DNA from: Patescibacteria group bacterium UBA3533 | GTDB lineage: Bacteria > Patescibacteriota > Minisyncoccia > Phycocordibacterales > Phycocordibacteraceae | Reading direction: 5' to 3' | Assembly: GCA_002376865.1 (NCBI GenBank) | Contig: DFOU01000011.1 | Span: 16,969 to 80,968 of the forward strand | DNA length: 64,000 nt | Shown here: positions 19,499 to 27,690 of the stretch, piece by piece | How positions within the stretch are numbered: the first letter of the stretch is position 1 | Layout: every line of letters begins with the position of its first letter | The notes under the pieces: model-generated | Databases searched by the model: none | What the model was told of the DNA's origin: nothing | What the model saw: the letters and a program-made list of their open reading frames with translations, nothing else | Program-made: the position numbers and the translations under genes

Positions 19499-20344
19499 AT
19501 GAAGAAATATCTGAACCTGTTAGACGACGTATTAGAAAATGGAGTAGACCGAGAAGGACGAAATGGAACAACCCGTGCAGTCTTTGCACGCCAAGCCCGC
19601 TTCAATCTAGAAGATGGCTTCCCTGCAGTTACTACAAAGAAACTTGCCTGGAAGGCAGTAGTGTCTGAGCTCCTTTGGTTTATCGAAGGTTCAGGAGACG
19701 ATAATCGTCTAAAAGAAATTCTAGGGAAAGATAAAACCATCTGGAGCGCTAATGCGAATGCTGACTACTGGAAACCAAAGGCAAAATTCGATGGAGACCT
19801 TGGACGAGTGTACGGCGTGCAATGGAGATCTTGGCAAAAGCCCGATGGAAGTACAGTAGATCAATTGGCTGAGGTTATCGAGCGCATTAAAAATGATCCC
19901 TATGATCGAAGATTAATCGTAAGCGCTTGGAATCCAGGAGAGCTAGACCTTATGGCACTTCCTCCTTGTCATATGTTCTTCCAGTTTTTTGTAACTCCAG
20001 ATGAGTCTGGGAAGCCTGCAAAACTGTCACTGCATATGGTGCAACGAAGTTGTGATCTGTTCCTTGGAGTTCCATTTAACATTGCATCGTATGCCCTCCT
20101 TCTTTCTATGGTGGCGCAAGTAACGGGACTTAAACCATTTGAGCTTGTTATGAGCTTTAATGACCTACATATATATGGGGATCATATGGATGCAGTAAAG
20201 GAGCAGTTGAAGCGAGAGCCTATGGACCTCCCTACTCTTAAGCTTAATCCTGATGTTAAAAATATTGATGATTTCACAATGGATGATATTGAACTAGAAG
20301 GCTACAAATCGCACGACACCATAAAGGCAAAGATGGCGGTGTAG
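19499..20344 (+). CDS. thyA: Thymidylate synthase
   Basis: MALPPCH, QRSCDLFLGVPFNIASY. Confidence 0.98.
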   Translation: MKKYLNLLDDVLENGVDREGRNGTTRAVFARQARFNLEDGFPAVTTKKLAWKAVVSELLWFIEGSGDDNRLKEILGKDKTIWSANANADYWKPKAKFDGDLGRVYGVQWRSWQKPDGSTVDQLAEVIERIKNDPYDRRLIVSAWNPGELDLMALPPCHMFFQFFVTPDESGKPAKLSLHMVQRSCDLFLGVPFNIASYALLLSMVAQVTGLKPFELVMSFNDLHIYGDHMDAVKEQLKREPMDLPTLKLNPDVKNIDDFTMDDIELEGYKSHDTIKAKMAV

Positions 20345-20368
20345 AATATAAAAGGAAAGGAGACGATT

Positions 20369-20899
20369 ATGGCTATCAAAATCATTGCAGCAATTGGAGA
20401 TAAGCGTCTCCTGGGAGTTGTTAAAGACGGAAAGCATGGTCTTCCGTGGCGAATTCCTGAAGACTCAAAACATTTTAGCCACAGCACAAATGGTGCGGTA
20501 GTTATTATGGGAAGATCTACATGGGAATCTTTGCCAGATAGGTTTAGGCCTCTTCCGGATCGAACAAACTTTGTTCTTACAAGAAATCCTGATTATAGAG
20601 CAGAGGGCGCTAGAGTTTTCCCTGGTCTACATGAAGCACTTGAGGTTGCAGAAACTTTAAGTGACAAGACCATTTGGATTATGGGAGGCGCTAGCATCTA
20701 CGAGCAGGCACTCCCTATCGTCGATGAACTCTCTCTTACAATTGTAGAGGAAGAGCTCCTTCCTCCACCAATGGGAGGAGAGGAGCGCATTCTCTTCCCA
20801 GAGTACGAGCATCTTTTTGAATGCATAGACTCAACTCCTCGCATGCGCTCAGACAATAAAAATATTCCATACCGCTTTCAAACTTGGAAGCGAAAATAA
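20369..20899 (+). CDS. folA: Dihydrofolate reductase
   Basis: LPWRIPED, IMGRSTWES, RPLPDR, GGASIY. Confidence 0.95.
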   Translation: MAIKIIAAIGDKRLLGVVKDGKHGLPWRIPEDSKHFSHSTNGAVVIMGRSTWESLPDRFRPLPDRTNFVLTRNPDYRAEGARVFPGLHEALEVAETLSDKTIWIMGGASIYEQALPIVDELSLTIVEEELLPPPMGGEERILFPEYEHLFECIDSTPRMRSDNKNIPYRFQTWKRK

Positions 20900-20929
20900 G
20901 GAAAGGGCTTGGAGTTATCTCCAAGCCCT

Positions 20930-21631
20930 TTATTCTTTTGCATTAATCCGCCTAAGCAATCCTGCCCAGTCTGCAATGTAGCCACAGTTCTTCGGACGAA
21001 TGAAGTCTGCGCTGTCTTTTGCATTGTAGTGATGCATGAAGAGCATTCGCAGAGTCGCAAGTGAATCATCTCCTGGTGCAAGCTGACGCTTCTTGTCATC
21101 TACGAATAGATCATATTCGTGAAGGACTTGCGTCTTATCTTTTGCACCAAACACCATTGGCACGTGAAGACCGTGCGCTTTACACCAATTCTCTACAACC
21201 TCGGCCGAAAAACCAGGTCCGCGAGAAGTAACGATGCTCACGTCATGTCCTGCTTCTACAAGTTCCTTGATCGCAGCAATTGCTCCAGGAATCTCAGGAA
21301 TATTCTCCGCATACTCAGGGCGCTCATAGAGCACTTGCTTCATAGCTTCATATTCCTCAGAAGTCACACTCAGGAGTGTTCCATCCTGCTGATGTGACTT
21401 ATCTTCAAGCACCCATTCTTTGGTGAAGGTATACAATGGCGTACGGCCACTGTATACAGCCACAATCATCTTGCGATATTCTTCAGAAAACGGAACCACA
21501 TTATCGTTCCCCAGATAGGGACCCTTCATGCTGTCACCATCTTCGAATTTGCCGTACATTTCCATGAGCACAAGACGACGAGCCTCATGCACATTGGCAA
21601 TGACGCCGGACCAATCAAGTCCTATTTTCAT
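20930..21631 (-). CDS. HAD-superfamily 5'(3')-deoxyribonucleotidase-like protein
   Basis: KIGLDWSGVIA, IVTSR, K, FVDD. Confidence 0.7.
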   Translation of the reverse strand: MKIGLDWSGVIANVHEARRLVLMEMYGKFEDGDSMKGPYLGNDNVVPFSEEYRKMIVAVYSGRTPLYTFTKEWVLEDKSHQQDGTLLSVTSEEYEAMKQVLYERPEYAENIPEIPGAIAAIKELVEAGHDVSIVTSRGPGFSAEVVENWCKAHGLHVPMVFGAKDKTQVLHEYDLFVDDKKRQLAPGDDSLATLRMLFMHHYNAKDSADFIRPKNCGYIADWAGLLRRINAKE

Positions 21632-21676
21632 CTTGATACTCCTTTTTCTTCTGTGGAGAAGGTACCGTATCTAAAT

Positions 21677-21706
21677 GAAAAAACAACCCGTGTGGGTTGT
21701 TTTTTC
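21677..21706 (-). terminator. Terminator after rplK
   Basis: GAAAAAACAACCC-gtgt-GGGTTGTTTTTTC. Confidence 0.8.
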
Positions 21707-21708
21707 TC

Positions 21709-22128
21709 TTACTCTGTATCGACTCCCATGGAACGAGCTGTTCCTGCGATAACCTTCTTTGCTTGCTCTAGATCTTTTGCATTGAGGTCATCCATCTTTT
21801 CAGTTGCAATTGCTGCGAGCTGATCTTGAGATAGCTTTCCTACCTTAGAAACGTTTGGCTTTCCTGACCCCTTTGGCTTTCCAATTGCCTTAAGGATAAG
21901 CCTAGAAGCTGGAGGTTTCTTAAGTGTGAATGTAAATGATCGATCATCATATACAAATAAGTCTACAGGAATGATGTCTCCCATCATTTCCCGTGTCTGG
22001 TCGTTGAACTGGTTTACGAAATCACCGATGTTGATTCCAGCCGGTCCAAGAACAGTTCCAACAGGAGGGGCTGGTGTTGCCTTCCCTGCGGGAATCTGGA
22101 GTTTAATTTTCTTTACTATTTCTGCCAT
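21709..22128 (-). CDS. rplK: 50S ribosomal protein L11
   Basis: AGKATPAPPVG, GTARSMG. Confidence 0.98.
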   Translation of the reverse strand: MAEIVKKIKLQIPAGKATPAPPVGTVLGPAGINIGDFVNQFNDQTREMMGDIIPVDLFVYDDRSFTFTLKKPPASRLILKAIGKPKGSGKPNVSKVGKLSQDQLAAIATEKMDDLNAKDLEQAKKVIAGTARSMGVDTE

Positions 22129-22145
22129 ATGCCTCCGTATACTAC

Positions 22146-22691
22146 TTATATTTTCTTAACCTGCAAGAAGTCGAGCTCAACCGGTGTCTCACGCCCAAAC
22201 ATAGACACAAGAACCTTTACCTTTCCTCGCTCCTCATCTACCTCTCCAATCTTTCCTTCAAGCTCCTTAAATGGTCCGTCTGTGATGGTAACTGCATCAT
22301 CAACCTGTAGGTCAATCTTATGCTTAACCACCTCAGTGTTCATTCGATTCATAAGCTGATCTACTTCAGCCTGACTCATAGGTACCGGATGGATTCCTGA
22401 TCCTACGAACCCTGTTACTCGTGGAGTGTTTCGAACCACATACCATGAGTCATCATCCACGATCATTTTTACAAGGATGTATCCAGGATATACACGCTCC
22501 TCTTCTGTTACGCGCTTCCCTGCCTTTACCTTGATCTTCTTCTCAGTTGGAACAACAACCTCATAGATCTTGTCTTCCATTCCAAGAGACTCGATTCGCT
22601 GCCTTAGATTTCGTGCAACGGCATTCTCATACCCTGAGTATGTGTGAATCGCATACCAATGCGCATCTGCTGTAATTTCTTGTTTTGCCAT
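22146..22691 (-). CDS. nusG: Transcription factor NusG
   Basis: [33 protein letters not shown]. Confidence 0.98.
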   Translation of the reverse strand: MAKQEITADAHWYAIHTYSGYENAVARNLRQRIESLGMEDKIYEVVVPTEKKIKVKAGKRVTEEERVYPGYILVKMIVDDDSWYVVRNTPRVTGFVGSGIHPVPMSQAEVDQLMNRMNTEVVKHKIDLQVDDAVTITDGPFKELEGKIGEVDEERGKVKVLVSMFGRETPVELDFLQVKKI

Positions 22692-22693
22692 AT

Positions 22694-22876
22694 TTAGAAG
22701 ATGAACTGCTCAGCAATACTAGTAAGTACAAAGTCGAACGCTCCTAGAAGTGCTGCAACAAAAAGTGAAATACCAATAACAAGTAGCGAGTATGCAATGG
22801 CTTGCCTGCGTGTTGGCCATGAGACATGCTGCATCTCTCCACGTACGTCCCGTAAATAATTGAAGAATGATTTCAT
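22694..22876 (-). CDS. secE: Preprotein translocase SecE
   Basis: EMQHVSWPT plus TM, upstream of nusG. Confidence 0.92.
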   Translation of the reverse strand: MKSFFNYLRDVRGEMQHVSWPTRRQAIAYSLLVIGISLFVAALLGAFDFVLTSIAEQFIF

Positions 22877-22959
22877 GATTTTAAAAAAGCCCTTCCGGGC
22901 CCTTACTTACTTGGAGTATAGCACTTATCTGCCTTAGGTCAATAGAAAAGGACGGCCTG

Positions 22960-23325
22960 TTAGGGCCGTCCCACTTTCTTGCGATTGTAGATTTCCAGAG
23001 GACTTGTAGGGCCAGTAGGGCCAGACTTAGCTGGAACAACTGGCTTTTTCTGCGCAGCTGTAGCAAGCTCCTCCACCTTAGCGGCAATTTCCTCTGAGGT
23101 ACTCCCAGTGGCGTACGTTGAGAGAAAATAACCCCAGGAGTGCGAACCTTGCTTTACCCTTCCCCTTACACGCTTAACAAGATTATTATATGAAATAACA
23201 TCTCCAAAGATTTTGGGGAATTCTTCGTACAGAAGTCCTGCAACTTCTTCAAAGGACTTTCCTTCCATTATCTTTTTTGCAATGAATTGCAAAATTTCAT
23301 TGGTCCAAGAGATTCGAAATCCCAT
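22960..23325 (-). CDS. Hypothetical protein with GcrA-like N-terminal HTH
   Basis: SWTNEIL...EGKSFEEVAGLL...ISYN; AAGGAG SD. Confidence 0.55.
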   Translation of the reverse strand: MGFRISWTNEILQFIAKKIMEGKSFEEVAGLLYEEFPKIFGDVISYNNLVKRVRGRVKQGSHSWGYFLSTYATGSTSEEIAAKVEELATAAQKKPVVPAKSGPTGPTSPLEIYNRKKVGRP

Positions 23326-23426
23326 GAGAACCTCCTTCTTTTGCCTGCGCTTGGTATAGCACAGCCTATTTACAAAGAAAAGGGGCGCCTCAAAAAGAGA
23401 CGCCCCTGTTTGCCGACTGGTGAAAG

Positions 23427-24347
23427 CTAGGCTTTCACTTTCGGCTTCTTGAAAGTATTCGGAGGTTGCGGCGACTTGCCTTTGGTGGCAATCGTACGCT
23501 GCCGATCGAGCTCAGCACGCGCAGCCTTCTTGGCAGCAGCTTCAGCCCGTGAACCCTTCTTCTTGGGTCCGGCTTTGTGGAGCGAAACGACATTGTCGTT
23601 CCTGCCACCGAAGCGACCGTCATAGAAGCGCTTGTAGAGCCCTTCGAGACGGCGATTCACGCCTTCATTCGCCTGGTCACGATACTTCGTGACGAGAGAG
23701 CGAAAGCGCTGGCGCGACTCCGGCGAGAAGGATTCCGGATGCTCACTCGCATGGCCGATCAGCCAATGCATCGTCTTGTCCACATCCCTTTCAATCGTCT
23801 GCTCGATGATATCCAGAGTGCGAACGGTAACGAGCTCCTTGAGTTCGTCCATCTCGACGGAAGAATCGTAGGCTTTGCCGCCCTGGTTCGTAAGGCGAAC
23901 CTTGCGACCGGTTGCCGTCAGCACGATGATGCTGGCGTCTTCAGGCAGGAGCCAAAGCTCCTCTCGAGAAGTCACCTTCCCGCTGCGCTTGACGGTGCCG
24001 GCGTCGATCTGCTCGGCGCTCGAATTGTTCGGAGCATACACTCCGTGCTGAGCGACCTGTGTGTCCTTCACGCCGTAGCCGGTATGCACGAGCACGATGA
24101 TGTCGTTCCCCGCACCTTTCTCCGAAAGATGCGGTTCATCCCCGTGCAGGAAAAGCTGCTCGAACGGCGTATGCTGGAGCTTGCCGTAAAAACGAATGAA
24201 TCGCTCCCAGCCGCCAGACTCTCGATTGCCCAAATACAGAGCACTCGTGCTGTTGGGCGTAAGACCAGAGATTCTGATCCCAGCCGTAGGCGTAGCGTCA
24301 GAGAGAATGGTGATGGCGTTCGCGGTATTCGAAACGGGAACTTGCAT
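23427..24347 (-). CDS. Hypothetical protein, GC-rich gene, basic C-terminal tail
   Basis: AGGAGG SD, TTGACA/TGGTATAAT promoter, terminator 23380-23408. Confidence 0.7.
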   Translation of the reverse strand: MQVPVSNTANAITILSDATPTAGIRISGLTPNSTSALYLGNRESGGWERFIRFYGKLQHTPFEQLFLHGDEPHLSEKGAGNDIIVLVHTGYGVKDTQVAQHGVYAPNNSSAEQIDAGTVKRSGKVTSREELWLLPEDASIIVLTATGRKVRLTNQGGKAYDSSVEMDELKELVTVRTLDIIEQTIERDVDKTMHWLIGHASEHPESFSPESRQRFRSLVTKYRDQANEGVNRRLEGLYKRFYDGRFGGRNDNVVSLHKAGPKKKGSRAEAAAKKAARAELDRQRTIATKGKSPQPPNTFKKPKVKA

Positions 24348-24417
24348 GGAACCCTCCTGTGAAAAAAGTTTCGAAGATCAAATAGAAAAGAGGACCTCAT
24401 GTCCTCTATCTAATACT

Positions 24418-24445
24418 ATTATACCACCTGTGTAGTATTTGTCAA
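24418..24445 (-). promoter_or_regulatory. Consensus sigma70 promoter
   Basis: TTGACA-16nt-TATAAT with extended TG on minus strand. Confidence 0.7.
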
Positions 24446-25249
24446 CTATCTGATTTCGTACGTAATATTTACGCGAGCGGTAATCTCACTCTCTCCTACT
24501 GGGATTTCAGGTGTTGCACTTCCTCCCTTTGCATACGCTCCATCAAATGAAGCCTCGTACATAGGGTATCCGTATCGATCACTGCTCTCCCAGAAGCCAA
24601 CAACTCGCACAAGACTTACCCCAAGATCCTTTGCAAGGGTTCGAGCCTTGTCTTTTGCTTCTTTAATAGCCTCTTCTCGAGCTTCAGCTTGAATCTTGTC
24701 TAGATCATCGATCTCGAAGTTTGGTCCGTGAATGTTTTGTACATTCATCTCTCCAAGACCTCCAAGAACCACCCCTACTTGGTCTAGGTCCCGAATTTTC
24801 ACCGATACACTCTGACTTACCTCATACCCACTAAGTACCTGCTCTCCTCCCCTACACGATACACCCGGCAGACATGTTGTCTGAAGGTAGTCATACTGAG
24901 GATATACATTGTATGAATTTGTCTTGATATCCTTGTCTGCAATATCCTGATCATCAAGGTGTGCAAGCACTGAGCTTATAAGCTCTGTTGTCTGCGACTG
25001 TGCTGACGCAACAGTGTCTTCCTCAAAAGAAACCGTGAATGAGATTGTTGCAATATCTGGCACTGCAACCGCCTCCCCCACTCCCTCAACTGAGATAGTG
25101 TTTGTGGCAGGAACACCACTTCCGATAAATCGAAGCTCCATTAATCCTGCTAATGTTTGCACTGCCAAAAATGCAGCAAGGAGAAGAAATACTGCAGTTA
25201 CTGCATTGTTTTTCTTATACTCCACAATTTTTTCAAATATTTCTTTCAT
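24446..25249 (-). CDS. SIMPL (DUF541) domain protein
   Basis: ISVEGVGEAVAVPDIA, DIKT..YNVYPQY, AIKEAKDKA, VNITYEI. Confidence 0.92.
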   Translation of the reverse strand: MKEIFEKIVEYKKNNAVTAVFLLLAAFLAVQTLAGLMELRFIGSGVPATNTISVEGVGEAVAVPDIATISFTVSFEEDTVASAQSQTTELISSVLAHLDDQDIADKDIKTNSYNVYPQYDYLQTTCLPGVSCRGGEQVLSGYEVSQSVSVKIRDLDQVGVVLGGLGEMNVQNIHGPNFEIDDLDKIQAEAREEAIKEAKDKARTLAKDLGVSLVRVVGFWESSDRYGYPMYEASFDGAYAKGGSATPEIPVGESEITARVNITYEIR

Positions 25250-25326
25250 ATGCGGGCAGTATATCAGTTTGGTTTACTTTTGTATTTAGTGCAGGTATGG
25301 TGGCACTAGAAAGAAAGGAGGTTCTC

Positions 25327-25761
25327 ATGGAACTTACAGAGACCATTATCGACCTGCCACCTGAAGAAGACTCTGATGAGTTCCTTCGGGTGAGAAAATG
25401 TGAGTTTGACCCAAACTCAGGTATTGAAACTGAGTATTGGATTCAACGAGTTGCACCGATTGAGGGAGGTCTTATCACTGTCCTTGGTAGTGCAAGATAC
25501 ACAGAGCGTGGGTTCTTGCTTCTTGTTGAGAAGATCATGCCCCACATAAAGCCGAAACTTCTTGCAGGGAATCCAGATGGCACCTTTCAGGTGACATATG
25601 AATTCCATGGAGGGAGAGACAATTACAGACTTCGCAGAACTACAGGAAGCGGAGCTCTGTCGGATCAAATGGTTCTTTCAAAAGAAGAGCTCAAAACAAC
25701 AGTGGAGGCATTGTCGTGGCTAGAACTACTCAGAGCATTGGTGCGAAAACTTGCCCGATAA
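25327..25761 (+). CDS. Hypothetical protein
   Basis: AAGGAGG SD before ATG 25327. Confidence 0.6.
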   Translation: MELTETIIDLPPEEDSDEFLRVRKCEFDPNSGIETEYWIQRVAPIEGGLITVLGSARYTERGFLLLVEKIMPHIKPKLLAGNPDGTFQVTYEFHGGRDNYRLRRTTGSGALSDQMVLSKEELKTTVEALSWLELLRALVRKLAR

Positions 25762-25946
25762 CAGGCAATACGTATGAACTTTTTCTTGTCTCTGATCCGG
25801 GTGAAAGGTGTGCGATGACAGAAGTTGTTGGCACCACAAGATCTGGGACGAAGTTTAAAGTAACAAGCCTTCCTCTGGAAATTGATAAATGGAGGTCAGG
25901 ACTTGTTCTTGGACTTAAGTCCTCAGCACCTCCTAGGGGGCTGTAA
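25716..25946 (+). CDS. Small hypothetical protein (overlaps previous gene)
   Basis: GGAGG upstream of GTG start; terminator-like hairpin near 3' end. Confidence 0.35.
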   Translation: MARTTQSIGAKTCPITGNTYELFLVSDPGERCAMTEVVGTTRSGTKFKVTSLPLEIDKWRSGLVLGLKSSAPPRGL

Positions 25947-25967
25947 TAGAAATATTACGGCCTCTTT

Positions 25968-26477
25968 TTATTTATAGAGCTCTACTGTCTTTGCCACCTC
26001 CTCACAAATACCATCAATACACTCTAGTTTTTGAACTTCTTCTGCATTTACCCATGTATGGTCATCAAAACACCCCTCCTCAAGAACCACATCTCCACTT
26101 TTATATGAGACAGCAAGTTTAATAAGCACTACAGGAATACCGTCTGGCCGAATAAAGGTGTTGGAGTTAATAAATTTAAAGTCGTCATTTAATTCAACAC
26201 CTGCCTCTTCCATTGTTTCTCTTTTAAGGAGAGCTTCTACAGAATCGAGATAATCGAGCACTTCTCCATTTAGACGAGTTGGATGCTCTAGATCAAAATC
26301 TTGCCACTCCATCTTTCCTCCTGGTGTTGCCCACCTTCCAGGGTGCACCTTTTCAGTTTCTGAGCGCTTTAACAAAAGACATCGTCCATCTTCTTTTCGG
26401 TATACGAGTGCATTTGCAACAAAATAAAAGAGCTTATCTTTTTTTGCCTTTTCTGTGCTGATTTCTTTTGCTGGCAT
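25968..26477 (-). CDS. NUDIX hydrolase
   Basis: PGG...RETMEEAG Nudix box with an insertion. Confidence 0.88.
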   Translation of the reverse strand: MPAKEISTEKAKKDKLFYFVANALVYRKEDGRCLLLKRSETEKVHPGRWATPGGKMEWQDFDLEHPTRLNGEVLDYLDSVEALLKRETMEEAGVELNDDFKFINSNTFIRPDGIPVVLIKLAVSYKSGDVVLEEGCFDDHTWVNAEEVQKLECIDGICEEVAKTVELYK

Positions 26478-27103
26478 TATAGTGAGACGCTACTTACAAC
26501 TTCTTCTACTGTTTGTAGATCTTCAAGATCTTCTATATCAAAGTCTTCCATCCAATTTTCTACTGCAATGTCTCGTAGCGCTACAAGAACCAAGAAATCC
26601 TCAAGGAAAATTCCATACGTTACCTCTACTGTTGCTTCAAATCGCTCATTTACAATTCGATACGCTTCCCTCTCTCCTATAGTTACTACTTCAAAATCTT
26701 CAAGAGATTCTGGGTGCAAGTCAGATGGTGTAAGCGTTACCTTTTCTAAGAGAGCTTGCTCTTTGTCTCCTGTTTTAAATGCGTGAACACTAATGCTGTT
26801 TGAAATTACACTTGGTTCTTTTGAGTAGAATCCTAGACGCCCTTCAACTATTGAAGAGAGTAGCGGGAGCGTGTCTATAAATCCATTGGGTGCGGTAAAT
26901 GAGATTGGATCTGTACTACATGCTTCAAACTCACACTGGGGGCCTGTGCGTCCTACTGCAGAACCATCTGGGCAGATGCGGGCTTCAAGCGTACAAGCAA
27001 TGGGTCCTTCAGGAGCGCTTCTGTCCCGAAGTGCATTTTGATAAAGAAAACTACCGAGCCCTAATAGAATAATGAGTACAACACCAAGGAATAATTCTTT
27101 CAT
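26477..27103 (-). CDS. Membrane-anchored hypothetical protein with CTxEAxxCPDG..C Cys motif
   Basis: N-terminal TM; start MKELF, 6 nt after TATACT. Confidence 0.75.
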   Translation of the reverse strand: MKELFLGVVLIILLGLGSFLYQNALRDRSAPEGPIACTLEARICPDGSAVGRTGPQCEFEACSTDPISFTAPNGFIDTLPLLSSIVEGRLGFYSKEPSVISNSISVHAFKTGDKEQALLEKVTLTPSDLHPESLEDFEVVTIGEREAYRIVNERFEATVEVTYGIFLEDFLVLVALRDIAVENWMEDFDIEDLEDLQTVEEVVSSVSL

Positions 27104-27206
27104 TCTGTAAGTATACTTGCTCACGGCAAATATAAAATTTGACACTTATATTGTATATATGCATAATCTAGATTAGAAACATCAGAAGCAATCAGGAGAT
27201 GCCAAG

Positions 27207-27584
27207 ATGGCAGAGTTTCAACTTATAGACCTTGGTGAAGGAAACGGTGGGGACGGCGAGGTGCGGGACAACTTCAGAGACGCACTGCGTGATCTTTATG
27301 CTCGCATCCAACATGTTCATGAACACAGAATTCTGACACAGCAGTGGCTGGAAACAGCTATATGGATTCGCATAACACACACTGTCACCGAACTGACTGG
27401 GCCAATCTATTTCTATGATGCACGTGATATCGCGCACCATTATGGTCTTGTTGATGATGGCGGGAAAACCATCAAAGACGATGTGCAAGAGCCTGATGAG
27501 GATATATTACTCGAAGCGGCCTTGTTGTGTGCTGCCCAAGGCACCGCCAAAGAATACATCGAGAATCTCAAGGCCGTAGCTTGA
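27207..27584 (+). CDS. Hypothetical protein
   Basis: TTGACA-17-CATAAT promoter and AGGAG SD. Confidence 0.6.
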   Translation: MAEFQLIDLGEGNGGDGEVRDNFRDALRDLYARIQHVHEHRILTQQWLETAIWIRITHTVTELTGPIYFYDARDIAHHYGLVDDGGKTIKDDVQEPDEDILLEAALLCAAQGTAKEYIENLKAVA

Positions 27585-27690
27585 GCAATGCTATTGGCCA
27601 AAAGGCCGCCCTCTTTTTGTGGCGGCCTTTCATAATAATTTTGTAATATCTGTGTCGTATCACAAAGTAGAAAATGCTACAGTACTGGCA

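Noticed and set aside
23577-24362. 261-aa antisense ORF over the GC-rich gene
   Set aside because: Expected shadow ORF of GC-rich coding sequence; promoter and SD support the minus-strand gene
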